DNA from: Candidatus Calditenuis fumarioli
GTDB taxonomy: Archaea; Thermoproteota; Nitrososphaeria_A; Caldarchaeales; Calditenuaceae
DNA: 64,000 nucleotides
Assembly: GCA_030059665.1 (NCBI GenBank)
Contig: JANVYR010000002.1
Coordinates: forward strand, 32,001 to 96,000
Direction: 5' to 3'
Below are positions 17,394 to 25,680 of this stretch, one piece after another. Each line of letters opens with the position of its first letter. Position 1 is the first letter of the stretch. A program made the translations under genes and the position numbers. The notes below the pieces were generated by a model. The model did not search any database, had not been told where the DNA came from, and saw nothing but the letters and a program-made list of their open reading frames with translations.

Positions 17394-18611
17394 ATGATAG
17401 GGATGGTCAAAGAGGCAAACCAAGAACATCTCGATTGTAAGCTGAAGGAGAAGGCCCTTGAGCTGTTCAGGAGACTCGAGGAGATATCAGAGCTACCGAG
17501 GTTCCAAGGAGCGACGGTAGATTTCCATCAGAAGAAGCCCGCCACCGTCTTCGTTCCATGGATTCCGACGGTAGCTCAAGTCGAGAACGGAGAACTCCTG
17601 AAGTTCCTCAAGGACAATGACGTCAAGAAAGTTCTGGTGGACGCCCTATGGCCGACGAACGCAGCCATCCTCAAGCAACTCGTCGAGAGCGGGGTCGAGG
17701 TCTGGGTCCTAACCAGACCCTCGGCTCTACACGGATGGCGGAAAAAGCACGAAGGTAAGCCAAAGGGACTCGTGGAGTGGTTGGAAAGACACCACCCAGA
17801 GATCCTAGAAGGGTTCAAGACGGAGGTCAAGAACGACGTTTACGATGCAGTTCTGCTGAGGTATGTAAAGCCGAAGTATCAGCGGAGATTGACGAAGGAG
17901 CATCTGACGTGTTGGGTAAGCATGCTGTTATATCGGTATGCCAGAAGGAATCGTCAGGGACTGCTCCAACAGCTCGACGCTCTACCAGTATCAGAGGACG
18001 AAAGGTCGTGGAGAGTAGAGATGGCCGAGGACTATCTGATGATGGAGGCGACGAACTTCATTCAGATCATCAAGAGTTGCTATCCTAAGATCTGCGAAAT
18101 GTTCAAGGATCTGCGCATCGATGGCGGAGATGTCGTAACACAGGCACTCGTCTGCGACGTGTTCATGGAGATTGATGAGACCAAGAGCTTGACCGAGGTT
18201 TACAGGAAATTCGGACTCATCCCTAAGAAGGATCGAGAAGGTCTGATATATGACGGAGTGGCCAAACACTCCTTAGTTCAGTTGGCCGCGAAGAGACTCG
18301 GGGTTAATCCGAAATACCTGACCGCCGACGAGAAGAGAGCGTTCGTGGAGGAACAGAGGACAACAGTAGAGGTGATCTATAAATGGAAGAGGAAGACGAT
18401 GGGCCTAGGGCCGGACGCCTCGGCGGGGGAGACCCGGGCACGGGCGCTTCGGAATATTAAGTCGCCCCCGCCGTACGGCGGCGAGGCGTACTTCCGTCTA
18501 ATAAGCACCGGCCCGGGCCCCAAACAACCGAGGTCGCCCAGAGCTGACAACAGAAGCTATCCAAACCCCTCCCTCATTTCTTCCTTTCTTGAGCTATGCC
18601 TTGTGGCCTAA
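17394..18611 (+). CDS. Divergent IS110-family DEDD (RuvC-like) protein, copy 1
   Basis: GATVDFH / VLVDAL / KNDVYDA match the IS110 GID..K, E and KTD..DA motifs; coiled coil RYARRNRQGLLQQL; Tnp-like FGLIP without the SG motif. Confidence 0.7.
   Translation: MIGMVKEANQEHLDCKLKEKALELFRRLEEISELPRFQGATVDFHQKKPATVFVPWIPTVAQVENGELLKFLKDNDVKKVLVDALWPTNAAILKQLVESGVEVWVLTRPSALHGWRKKHEGKPKGLVEWLERHHPEILEGFKTEVKNDVYDAVLLRYVKPKYQRRLTKEHLTCWVSMLLYRYARRNRQGLLQQLDALPVSEDERSWRVEMAEDYLMMEATNFIQIIKSCYPKICEMFKDLRIDGGDVVTQALVCDVFMEIDETKSLTEVYRKFGLIPKKDREGLIYDGVAKHSLVQLAAKRLGVNPKYLTADEKRAFVEEQRTTVEVIYKWKRKTMGLGPDASAGETRARALRNIKSPPPYGGEAYFRLISTGPGPKQPRSPRADNRSYPNPSLISSFLELCLVA
18407..18533 (+). ncRNA. Conserved structured element overlapping the 3' end of IS110-like copy 1 (candidate guide/bridge RNA)
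   Basis: 38-nt and 20-nt blocks identical to copy 2; several complementary stems; compensatory changes. Confidence 0.55.
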
Positions 18612-18666
18612 TTCCCTGGGCTTGATGCCCTTTTCTCCCGCGGATGCTCTTCAATAATAGGTTGTA

Positions 18667-19536
18667 GCTCATCTCGTTCTCGTAAGGGATTTATATACTC
18701 TCCTTAGAATTTCCCTTTGGCCATGGACCGAGATGCGGTGAGGTCTGTATTCCTTCCTTCCTGATAGGGAGAGGTTCCTCAACTACCTCAGGAGAATCAG
18801 GTTCAAGGATGGTTTAAAATGCGTCTACTGCAGTTCATCTGATGTCAGGAAGGACGGAAAGGACAAGAACGGATATCAGGTATATGAATGCAATTCATGT
18901 AAGAGGAAGTTCAACGACAATATTCTCCATGGAGACGAAGAGCGTGAATCAGATATCAAAAGGAAAAGGGATTACGAGTCTATACTCAGATTCATCAGGG
19001 AGGTTCAGGAGATCGCTGAGAAGTTGGGAGGGATTAAGTTGGAGGGAATATGCGAGGCAGACGAGGTCTACGTGAACTCAGGCGATAAGGGGGTTAAGGA
19101 CGACAATCCAAGGAGGAGAGGACTATCTGTTAAGGGAAGGGGAACATACGACAGCGACAGGCCTCCTGTGCTAACGCTGGTAAGGAGGTCAGACGGGATG
19201 ACTGAGTTCGTCGTGCTCAGGGACATGAGTCGTGCAGTAGAAGAGATCAGGTCTAGGGCATCTGAAGATTGCGTAATTATAACTGACAAATACCCTGCAT
19301 ACGATAGGCCGGATTCAATTGGAATAAATTACATGAGGATAAATCACTCCGAGAGATATGCAGATGGAGATTAACAGATGCGAGAACAGACATTCTTTTC
19401 TGAGGTCATTCCTATCTAAGTTCAGAGGTGTGAGCAAGAGGTACCTACAGGGATACCTGTCGTTCCTAGCACTATTAATCAACAGGCATACAAGGTGGTT
19501 CAACGCAGTGCTATACCTTACGATGTCGGGATGAGC
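18667..19536 (+). mobile_element. IS1595-family (ISXO2-like) element, inactivated
   Basis: Imperfect terminal inverted repeats 18667..18687 and 19516..19536 (17/21 match) enclosing transposase fragments. Confidence 0.75.
18723..19533 (+). pseudogene. ISXO2-like DDE transposase pseudogene
   Basis: Fragments CVYCSS..YECNSC (Zn ribbon), EADEVY, IITDKYPAY, INHSERYADGD*, NRCEN.HSFLR, FRGVSKRYLQGY; stops and frameshifts. Confidence 0.8.
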
Positions 19537-19756
19537 GTTTCGGTGATTTGAGAAACGGATTGGACGTCTGTTCAAAGCGTGCGAGCCCATGTCCTTGTGG
19601 CCTGAAGCCAGAGAACGTTATGGCCAATTTTTTCGAGGTATTCGGGTCGGACCGAGCTAGACTACGTCCCGATATAAGCAGTTTAATCAAATAGGGCCCC
19701 CATTCGTTTTCCGATTTGCCAACCTTGACTATATTCCGGCTCGGCGCTGGACGTCC

Positions 19757-20617
19757 GTGCAGGAGGTCGACGAGCGCTACGTGGCATCGGTCATCCCTCC
19801 CCGCAGGAGGAGCTCGAGGAAGGGAGAGAACGGCGTCGTGCTCTGCGTCGGCGGCAGCCGGCTCTACCACGGCGCTCCTGCGCTGATGGCGATGGCAGCT
19901 TACAGGACCGGTGTCGATCTGGTCTACCTCGCGGTGCCTGAGGTCCACGAGAGGCCGATCAGGTCGATGGCCCCGGAGCTGATCGTGATACCGATGGTGG
20001 ACGCCAAGCTGACGAAGCGCGTCGCGGACCAGGTCCTGAAGTGGTTGCCGGGAAAGCCCAACTCCGCAGCCATAGGACCGGGCCTCTCGGTCGCCAAGGT
20101 GGTCGCCCTGCAGTACCTCGTCGGTCAGCTGCTCGCCGGAGGCGCTTCGGTGGTCCTCGACGCCTCAGCCCTCGTGCCGGAGGTCCTCGAGGTGGTCAAG
20201 GGGAAGAGGGTCGTGCTGACGCCCCACGCCGGTGAGTTCGCCCGGGTCTTCGGGAGGCCACCGGGCACCGCGCTCGAGGAGAGGATCAGATCCGCTCGGG
20301 AGGCTGCTAGGGAGCACGGCGTCGTGGTGCTGCTGAAGGGACCAGTCGACGTGATCACCGACGGCGAACGGTTGCTTGTCAACAGGAGGGGTACCCCTGC
20401 GATGACCGTCGGAGGGACCGGTGACGTCCTCACGGGGATCGTGGCCGGCCTGCTGGCGAAGGGCGTGGAGCCGCTGGAGGCGGCCGCTGCTGCCGCGTTC
20501 ATCAACTGCGTGGCCGGCGAGCTCGCTGAGCGCGACCTAGGCCTGCACGTCCTGCCCACGGACCTGATAGCCCGCCTGCCGGCAGTGATGAGGGCCTTCG
20601 ATCGCGTCGTCGACTGA
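19757..20617 (+). CDS. nnrD: ADP-dependent NAD(P)H-hydrate dehydratase (YjeF C-terminal)
   Basis: KGENG.VL.VGGS..YHGAP, IGPGL, VLDASAL, LTPHAGEF, GGTGDVLTG. Confidence 0.93.
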   Translation: MQEVDERYVASVIPPRRRSSRKGENGVVLCVGGSRLYHGAPALMAMAAYRTGVDLVYLAVPEVHERPIRSMAPELIVIPMVDAKLTKRVADQVLKWLPGKPNSAAIGPGLSVAKVVALQYLVGQLLAGGASVVLDASALVPEVLEVVKGKRVVLTPHAGEFARVFGRPPGTALEERIRSAREAAREHGVVVLLKGPVDVITDGERLLVNRRGTPAMTVGGTGDVLTGIVAGLLAKGVEPLEAAAAAAFINCVAGELAERDLGLHVLPTDLIARLPAVMRAFDRVVD

Positions 20618-20678
20618 GGGCGTTGCGTGAGGATCCAGAGGAAACGCCTATTTACGGTGCGAGTGGCACGTTGAGGGG

Positions 20679-21062
20679 ATGATGGAGCTGACGGGCGAGG
20701 AGATAGTACGGAGGATCGTCAGCGATAAAGCGGCCCTGAGGGAGCTCGCGTACCACCTGGTCTCCGATCCCGATTTGAGGCTGGCCGTGATCAACGCTGT
20801 CTTGGCGGAGGTGGCGACGAGGCATGACCTGAGAGAGGTGCGGCAGGAGCTGGGGCGGTTGAGGGACGAGATCGACAGGCTGAGGGGAGAGATGGATCGG
20901 TTGGGGGACGGAATGAACAGGTTTAGGGACGACATGGACGGGAAGCTCGATGAGCTCAGGAGGGAGATGAGGAGTCTTATCAGGTGGACCATCACGACGG
21001 TCCTCGTCGTCTGGGGCTCGACGGTCCTGCCGGTCATGCTTAGGCTCGCGGGCGTCATCTGA
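20679..21062 (+). CDS. Small coiled-coil protein with C-terminal TM helix
   Basis: Heptad-like ELGRLRDEIDRLRGEMDRL repeats followed by WTITTVLVVWGSTVLPVML. Confidence 0.65.
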   Translation: MMELTGEEIVRRIVSDKAALRELAYHLVSDPDLRLAVINAVLAEVATRHDLREVRQELGRLRDEIDRLRGEMDRLGDGMNRFRDDMDGKLDELRREMRSLIRWTITTVLVVWGSTVLPVMLRLAGVI

Positions 21063-21104
21063 GCGGCCCTGGCGGATCCGGTACCGTTATGCGCGGAAAG
21101 CGGG

Positions 21105-21180
21105 TGCGGCCGCCGGGATTTGAACCCGGGATCTGCGGGCCGGAGCCCCGCCGTCCTAGTCCAGGCTAGACGACGGCCGC
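21105..21180 (-). tRNA. tRNA-Gly(UCC)-like with atypical anticodon loop
   Basis: Cloverleaf: acceptor GCGGCCG/CGGCCGC plus A73; D arm GTCTAGCCTGGACTAGGAC; anticodon stem GCGGG/CCCGC; T arm CCGGG-TTCAAAT-CCCGG; loop GCTCCGG; CCA not encoded. Confidence 0.85.
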
Positions 21181-21279
21181 GTCCCCGATGGAGGTGCGAG
21201 CAGCATGCTTTAGGCGTAACGGAACGCACCCGCGGTCCCGAGGTGAGGATCAAATCCACGCCCTCTCAGCGCTGAGCGG

Positions 21280-22134
21280 ATGCTGAGGTCGCTGCTCTTC
21301 GTGCCGGCGAACGTCGAGCGCTTCGTGAGGAAGGCCCCAGAGACCGGTGCGGACGCGGTGGTTCTCGACCTCGAGGACTCGGTGCCGGAGGGCGCGAAGG
21401 CGGAGGCCAGGAGAGGGCTCGCGAGGTCCGCGGAGGAGATCAGGAGCAGGTCCGATCAGCTGATTGCTGTCAGGGTCAACTCCGTCGGGAGCGGTCACCT
21501 CGAGGACGACGTGAGGGCTGTCGCGGACTCCTCGATCGGCGTCGTGGTGCTGCCCAAGTGCGAGGGGCCGGAACACGTCAAGAGGTTGCGGGAGCTGGCG
21601 TCGGAGGTCGGCGTTGACCTGAGGGTCATTGCGCTCATCGAGTCGCCCCGTGGGGTTCTCTCCGCTGACCTCATCGCGTCGGTTGATGGCGTGATGGGCC
21701 TCGCCTTCGGCAAGTACGACTACTCGCTCGCGATGGGCATCCTCCCCTCCGCAAACGCCAACGTGCTGGTTCCCAGGTCGCTCGTCGCGATCGCCGCAAA
21801 GGCCCACAACCTCATCGCTGTGGACACGCCGTATGCTGTGCTGAACGACCCGGATGGCCTGAGGGCCGAGGCCTTGGAGGCCAGGAGTCTCGGGTACGAC
21901 GGCAAGTTCGCGGTGCACCCGTCGCAGGTTCCGGTCATCAACGAGGTCTTCTCGCCGTCGGAGAGGGACCTGATCTGGGCCCGGGAGGTCGTTGAGGTCC
22001 TGGAGAGGGCGAGGAGGGAGGGAAGGGCATCGGCCGAGCTGAGGGGCGTGATGGTCGACGAGGTCCACTACCGCATCGCCAAGAGGATACTTGACGGTTG
22101 GTCAGGTCGCGCTCAGTCGGAGAGCGTGAAGTAG
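21280..22134 (+). CDS. CitE / HpcH-HpaI CoA ester lyase family protein
   Basis: RSLLFVPAN, DAVVLDLEDSV, VRVN, LPKCE, IES..G, GKFAVHPSQV. Confidence 0.9.
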   Translation: MLRSLLFVPANVERFVRKAPETGADAVVLDLEDSVPEGAKAEARRGLARSAEEIRSRSDQLIAVRVNSVGSGHLEDDVRAVADSSIGVVVLPKCEGPEHVKRLRELASEVGVDLRVIALIESPRGVLSADLIASVDGVMGLAFGKYDYSLAMGILPSANANVLVPRSLVAIAAKAHNLIAVDTPYAVLNDPDGLRAEALEARSLGYDGKFAVHPSQVPVINEVFSPSERDLIWAREVVEVLERARREGRASAELRGVMVDEVHYRIAKRILDGWSGRAQSESVK

Positions 22135-22844
22135 ACGCGCTTGTTCCTTCGGCCCTTGCTCTCGAAGCCGACGATCTCGATCCTGCCGATCTCTGCCGTG
22201 TTCCGCACGTGCGGCCCTCCGTCGGCCTGCAGGTCTATCCCCTCGATCTCGACGATCCTCCAGACAGGGAGCTCCGGCGGCAGGCGGTCGGCGAGCTTGG
22301 TGATCCCCGGCAATTTCATCGCCTCCTCCCTCGGCATCCACGACACCCTCACGGGTCTCCCCTCGGCCAGCAGGGAGTTGGTCAGGTCCACGAGCCTCCG
22401 AATCAGGTCCCTGTCCAGCGCCTCGAGCGAGAAGTCGACCCTGGACACGTCCGGCTTGACCTGGTTGCCGGTGACCAGCGCACCGGTCTCCCTCGAGACG
22501 ACCGCGGACAACGCGTGGAGGGAGGTGTGCATCCGCATCACCCTGTAGCGCCTCTCCCAGTCGAGCACGCCCTTCACCCTCTCCCCCATTTCTGGCAGCT
22601 CGCCCTCCAGAACGTGCAGTACCCCTCCCTCGACGAACTTCGCCTCGACCACCTTCGAGACGCCCCTGCTGTGCTCCATCGTGCCGGTGTCGCTGACGAG
22701 CCCACCGCCGGTCGGGTGGAACGCGGTTGCGCTGAGCACCACGCCGTCTCCCTGCACCTCGAGCACCTCGGCCTCGAACTCCCGGAGGTAAGAGTCGTCC
22801 AGGTAGAGCAGCTCGGTCTTGCCGTGCTTCAACCCATCCAGCAC
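22113..22844 (-). CDS. alaX: AlaX-M trans-editing alanyl-tRNA deacylase
   Basis: LYLDDSYLREFEA, FHPTGGG..SDTG, MRMHTSLH, ADGGPHV. Confidence 0.9.
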   Translation of the reverse strand: MLDGLKHGKTELLYLDDSYLREFEAEVLEVQGDGVVLSATAFHPTGGGLVSDTGTMEHSRGVSKVVEAKFVEGGVLHVLEGELPEMGERVKGVLDWERRYRVMRMHTSLHALSAVVSRETGALVTGNQVKPDVSRVDFSLEALDRDLIRRLVDLTNSLLAEGRPVRVSWMPREEAMKLPGITKLADRLPPELPVWRIVEIEGIDLQADGGPHVRNTAEIGRIEIVGFESKGRRNKRVYFTLSD

Positions 22845-23026
22845 CGCGACGTCCCAGATAAATTGGCTTCTCCGGGGGCGTTGCTGGCTCTGAAGGCCTC
22901 TATCGTCCGTGGTGGCGATCAGGGCGAGGCGATCCCTGCGTAACCCGGGAAGAATACCTTCCCCATCCTGCTGCCGCGGTCCCGCATCAACAATATAGCT
23001 CGAGCCCGCGAGTCCGCTGAACGGCG

Positions 23027-23578
23027 ATGACCGGGCTGACGAAGGGCCTCCTCGCGTACCTGTCGTCCGCGGTGGCGCTGGGAAGCCTGCTCTCCGGACC
23101 CACCGCGTACCCCTTTCGCGACCTTCAGCAGGCCATCGTTGCCGAGCTGTACAGGTCCCTTACGTTCTACGTGGCACCGGTCTCCAGCGCCCTCGGCGAC
23201 GGCATCTCCCTCACCCGCTACGGCTTCACCCTGTCCACGTCCCACGGCCTCTACCCGCTCCTGGGTCTGCTGATCGCAGGCCTACTCGCGGGCCTCTGTG
23301 CAGGGAGGTCCGGAAGCGTGGTCGCGCCGCTCCTCGGCTCAGCCCTCGTCTTCGGCCTCTGGCAGCTCACAGGTTTCTACCTCCTCCCCCAGCTCTACGG
23401 GCAGTACGAGTGGGTCGGCGTCCTCAACGGGCTGAACGAGTTCCTCCTCGTCTCGAAGCCGCTTGAGCTCCTCGCCCTCTTCTCGATACCCCTGATAGGT
23501 TCGATCCCTGCAGGGCACCTCATTGACTCGTCCGCCGAGAAACCTCAACCGTTGTTCTACAGAAGTTCGCGACGGTAG
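23027..23578 (+). CDS. Hypothetical membrane protein
   Basis: About four hydrophobic segments; host-like codon usage. Confidence 0.6.
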   Translation: MTGLTKGLLAYLSSAVALGSLLSGPTAYPFRDLQQAIVAELYRSLTFYVAPVSSALGDGISLTRYGFTLSTSHGLYPLLGLLIAGLLAGLCAGRSGSVVAPLLGSALVFGLWQLTGFYLLPQLYGQYEWVGVLNGLNEFLLVSKPLELLALFSIPLIGSIPAGHLIDSSAEKPQPLFYRSSRR

Positions 23579-24300
23579 AACGTCCTCCTCATCTCCTGCA
23601 GAAGAGGTATCTCCTCCAGCTTCCTCTCGTCGAGCAGCTCCCAGTAGATTCCCTCGGGCTTCGGGTTCGGCGGGCACCTGATGGCCCTCCTCTCGGTGAA
23701 GATCGCGTCGACCGGAACGTCGAACGGTTCCCTCGGCAGATCCTCCACCAGCTGGAGCTCGTGAACCGTGGTGAAGATCGGGGTTGAGCCGTCGACTTTA
23801 CCGAAGCTCCTGAGGATCCCGTACTCCAGCTCCGCGTACCCCTCGCCCTTCCCCACCCTCCAGCCCGACGGCGTCACGGCAACCGATCCTATGACGATCA
23901 GGTCTATCCTCGGCAGATCTCTGGGGTGGACCTGCAGACCCAGCCTGAAGGCGCCTGAGATCGTCGAGGCCTGAGAGACCATGCCCTTCGGGATCCTGGA
24001 GGGGTCGAGCAGCAGGAAGCCGCTCCTGATCCTGGGCGTGGGCATGACCAGCAGCTTACCGTCTTGAAGGGCCATCAGCCTCACCGGCCTCTGGGGCGAA
24101 TCTGGGTTCACCTTGACGACCCTCGCGGCCTGGTACTCGTCTGACGAGCGGAGCCTCGCGGCGGCCTCCTCCGCACCCGCGAAGTTAGGGATCCTGCCCT
24201 TAACCGGCAGCGGGAACCTGGCCACGCCCCTCTCCTCCAGCAGCCTCCAGACCCTCTCCCTGACCTCGGCCTTGATGGACCTCGGATCGCGTCCCCGCAC
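23557..24300 (-). CDS. 5-formyltetrahydrofolate cyclo-ligase family protein (MTHFSD-like)
   Basis: RIPNFAGA, KVNPDSPQ, GSVAV...G.RVGKGEGYAELEY, TTVHELQ. Confidence 0.88.
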   Translation of the reverse strand: MRGRDPRSIKAEVRERVWRLLEERGVARFPLPVKGRIPNFAGAEEAAARLRSSDEYQAARVVKVNPDSPQRPVRLMALQDGKLLVMPTPRIRSGFLLLDPSRIPKGMVSQASTISGAFRLGLQVHPRDLPRIDLIVIGSVAVTPSGWRVGKGEGYAELEYGILRSFGKVDGSTPIFTTVHELQLVEDLPREPFDVPVDAIFTERRAIRCPPNPKPEGIYWELLDERKLEEIPLLQEMRRTFYRRELL

Positions 24301-24555
24301 AGCGACCCTCCGGCCAGCGTGACCGGAGTGAGGTATTTTTGATATCTTGCCTGCTGTATTACTACGGCCTATGTGTAGAGGGTTGATGAAAGGATATAAG
24401 GCAGGAGGGTAAGAGTCAGGGTGGCGAGGAGACTCGACAGATGGACTCTGATACTCTACCTTAATGATGGAAAATAAGAAAGCTTCTGAAAGCTGGTGAA
24501 TGGGTTGCTAGAACGTAAAGTTTGAGTAGTTTTCACTGACAACTAATTAGCGAGA

Positions 24556-25680
24556 ATGGATAGCTCTGCAAACAGTAGGATGGTGGTTCCTAGGTGGGAG
24601 AGAATGGATGATGAAGGGAACGGTCAGGACCCTGGGGTTAATTCGGACTTGGTCGCGGCTCCGGGCCCGGGGGAAGAGGCCGCGCATCTTGGTGGCTTCT
24701 TTGGGCTGGAAACCCCCACTGGTAGATCCCCATTGAAGAGAGAAGTCGTGAGCGAGGTCTCACTTGCAAACCAGGTTGCGGTTCAGAACCAAGAGGGGAA
24801 GCAAAAATCCAAGAAACGCTATCTTCCGAGGGAACTGAGAATACGGATGCGTAACGATGTACTTAAGTATAATAGTTTGGGACTTTCAATTAATCAAGTT
24901 ATTAAGAGGTTAAAGATGAAATATGGTTTAGCTCCAGCTAAGTCTACTGTAATTTACTGGCGCAAAGGCTTGCGCTCTCCATTCCATGGAATCAGAATAC
25001 CCTCGCTAAACTTCCTGAAACCATCAGAAGACCTCGCTTATGTAATCGGTGTGATAGTTGGAGATGGTTTTGTTTCACAAAGGGTCAAACCACGGTATGG
25101 GTACAAACATTCCTACATTAAGCAGTATAACATAGGATTAACGGTTAGGGACGTAGAGTTCGCTGAGGAATTCAGTAAAAGAATAGCAAGAGTTCTGGGA
25201 AGAGCGCCTCCACGGGTAAGGTTAAACAAAAATTGTAAATGGACTGTTGAGGTTCAATCTAAGACCCTGTTCGAGTTACTCACGAAACCCATTAACATTG
25301 AAAAAATCAAACCATATGTTGAGCATTGCGATAAGTGTATTTACATGTTTTTAAGAGGATTCTTCGATAGTGATGGGACGGTCCTTAAAGACGGTACGAT
25401 AATCCTGTACAATACCGACTATGAAGTGCTCAAGTATACGATCTATCTACTGGAAAAGATTGGGATTGAAACAACCTCAAAAGAGCCGAAGCTTTTTCAG
25501 AGAGCTGGCAAATTAATTGTTGACAGGAGTACCGGTAAATTATACAAAGGCAATAAAGACAATTATTATGTGCGCGTTCGTAAGGAGTCGAATCGCACTT
25601 TCCTCAAGAAAGTCGGATTCACTGTTGAAAGGAAGAGGAGAAGACTAGAGGTGTACCTTGGAAAGGACATCTTCCGATGA
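24556..25680 (+). CDS. Free-standing double-motif LAGLIDADG endonuclease with N-terminal HTH-like segment (true start probably downstream)
   Basis: AYVIGVIVGDG and MFLRGFFDSDG motifs, YNTD; AT-rich; no intein C-terminal HN. Confidence 0.85.
   Translation: MDSSANSRMVVPRWERMDDEGNGQDPGVNSDLVAAPGPGEEAAHLGGFFGLETPTGRSPLKREVVSEVSLANQVAVQNQEGKQKSKKRYLPRELRIRMRNDVLKYNSLGLSINQVIKRLKMKYGLAPAKSTVIYWRKGLRSPFHGIRIPSLNFLKPSEDLAYVIGVIVGDGFVSQRVKPRYGYKHSYIKQYNIGLTVRDVEFAEEFSKRIARVLGRAPPRVRLNKNCKWTVEVQSKTLFELLTKPINIEKIKPYVEHCDKCIYMFLRGFFDSDGTVLKDGTIILYNTDYEVLKYTIYLLEKIGIETTSKEPKLFQRAGKLIVDRSTGKLYKGNKDNYYVRVRKESNRTFLKKVGFTVERKRRRLEVYLGKDIFR

Larger units (their letters stand above)
17352..18590 (+). mobile_element. 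IS110-like element, copy 1 (ends inferred from homology to copy 2)
   Basis: Homology with 40713..41975 begins at GACAC..CTCACAT and ends in CAGAAG..AACCCCTCCC plus a pyrimidine tract; no terminal inverted repeats seen. Confidence 0.6.

Noticed and set aside
18407-18533. Canonical TIGR array or box C/D sRNA
   Set aside because: Only one unit per locus, no tandem ~36-nt repeats and no clear RUGAUGA/CUGA pair; kept only as an architectural analogy.
21105-21180. Reading the tRNA as Arg(CCG)
   Set aside because: Requires a 6-nt loop or a mismatched stem, and the acceptor and D-arm are Gly-type.
24556-25680. Intein or rRNA intron
   Set aside because: No host extein reading frame, no C-terminal His-Asn, and no rRNA sequence on either side.
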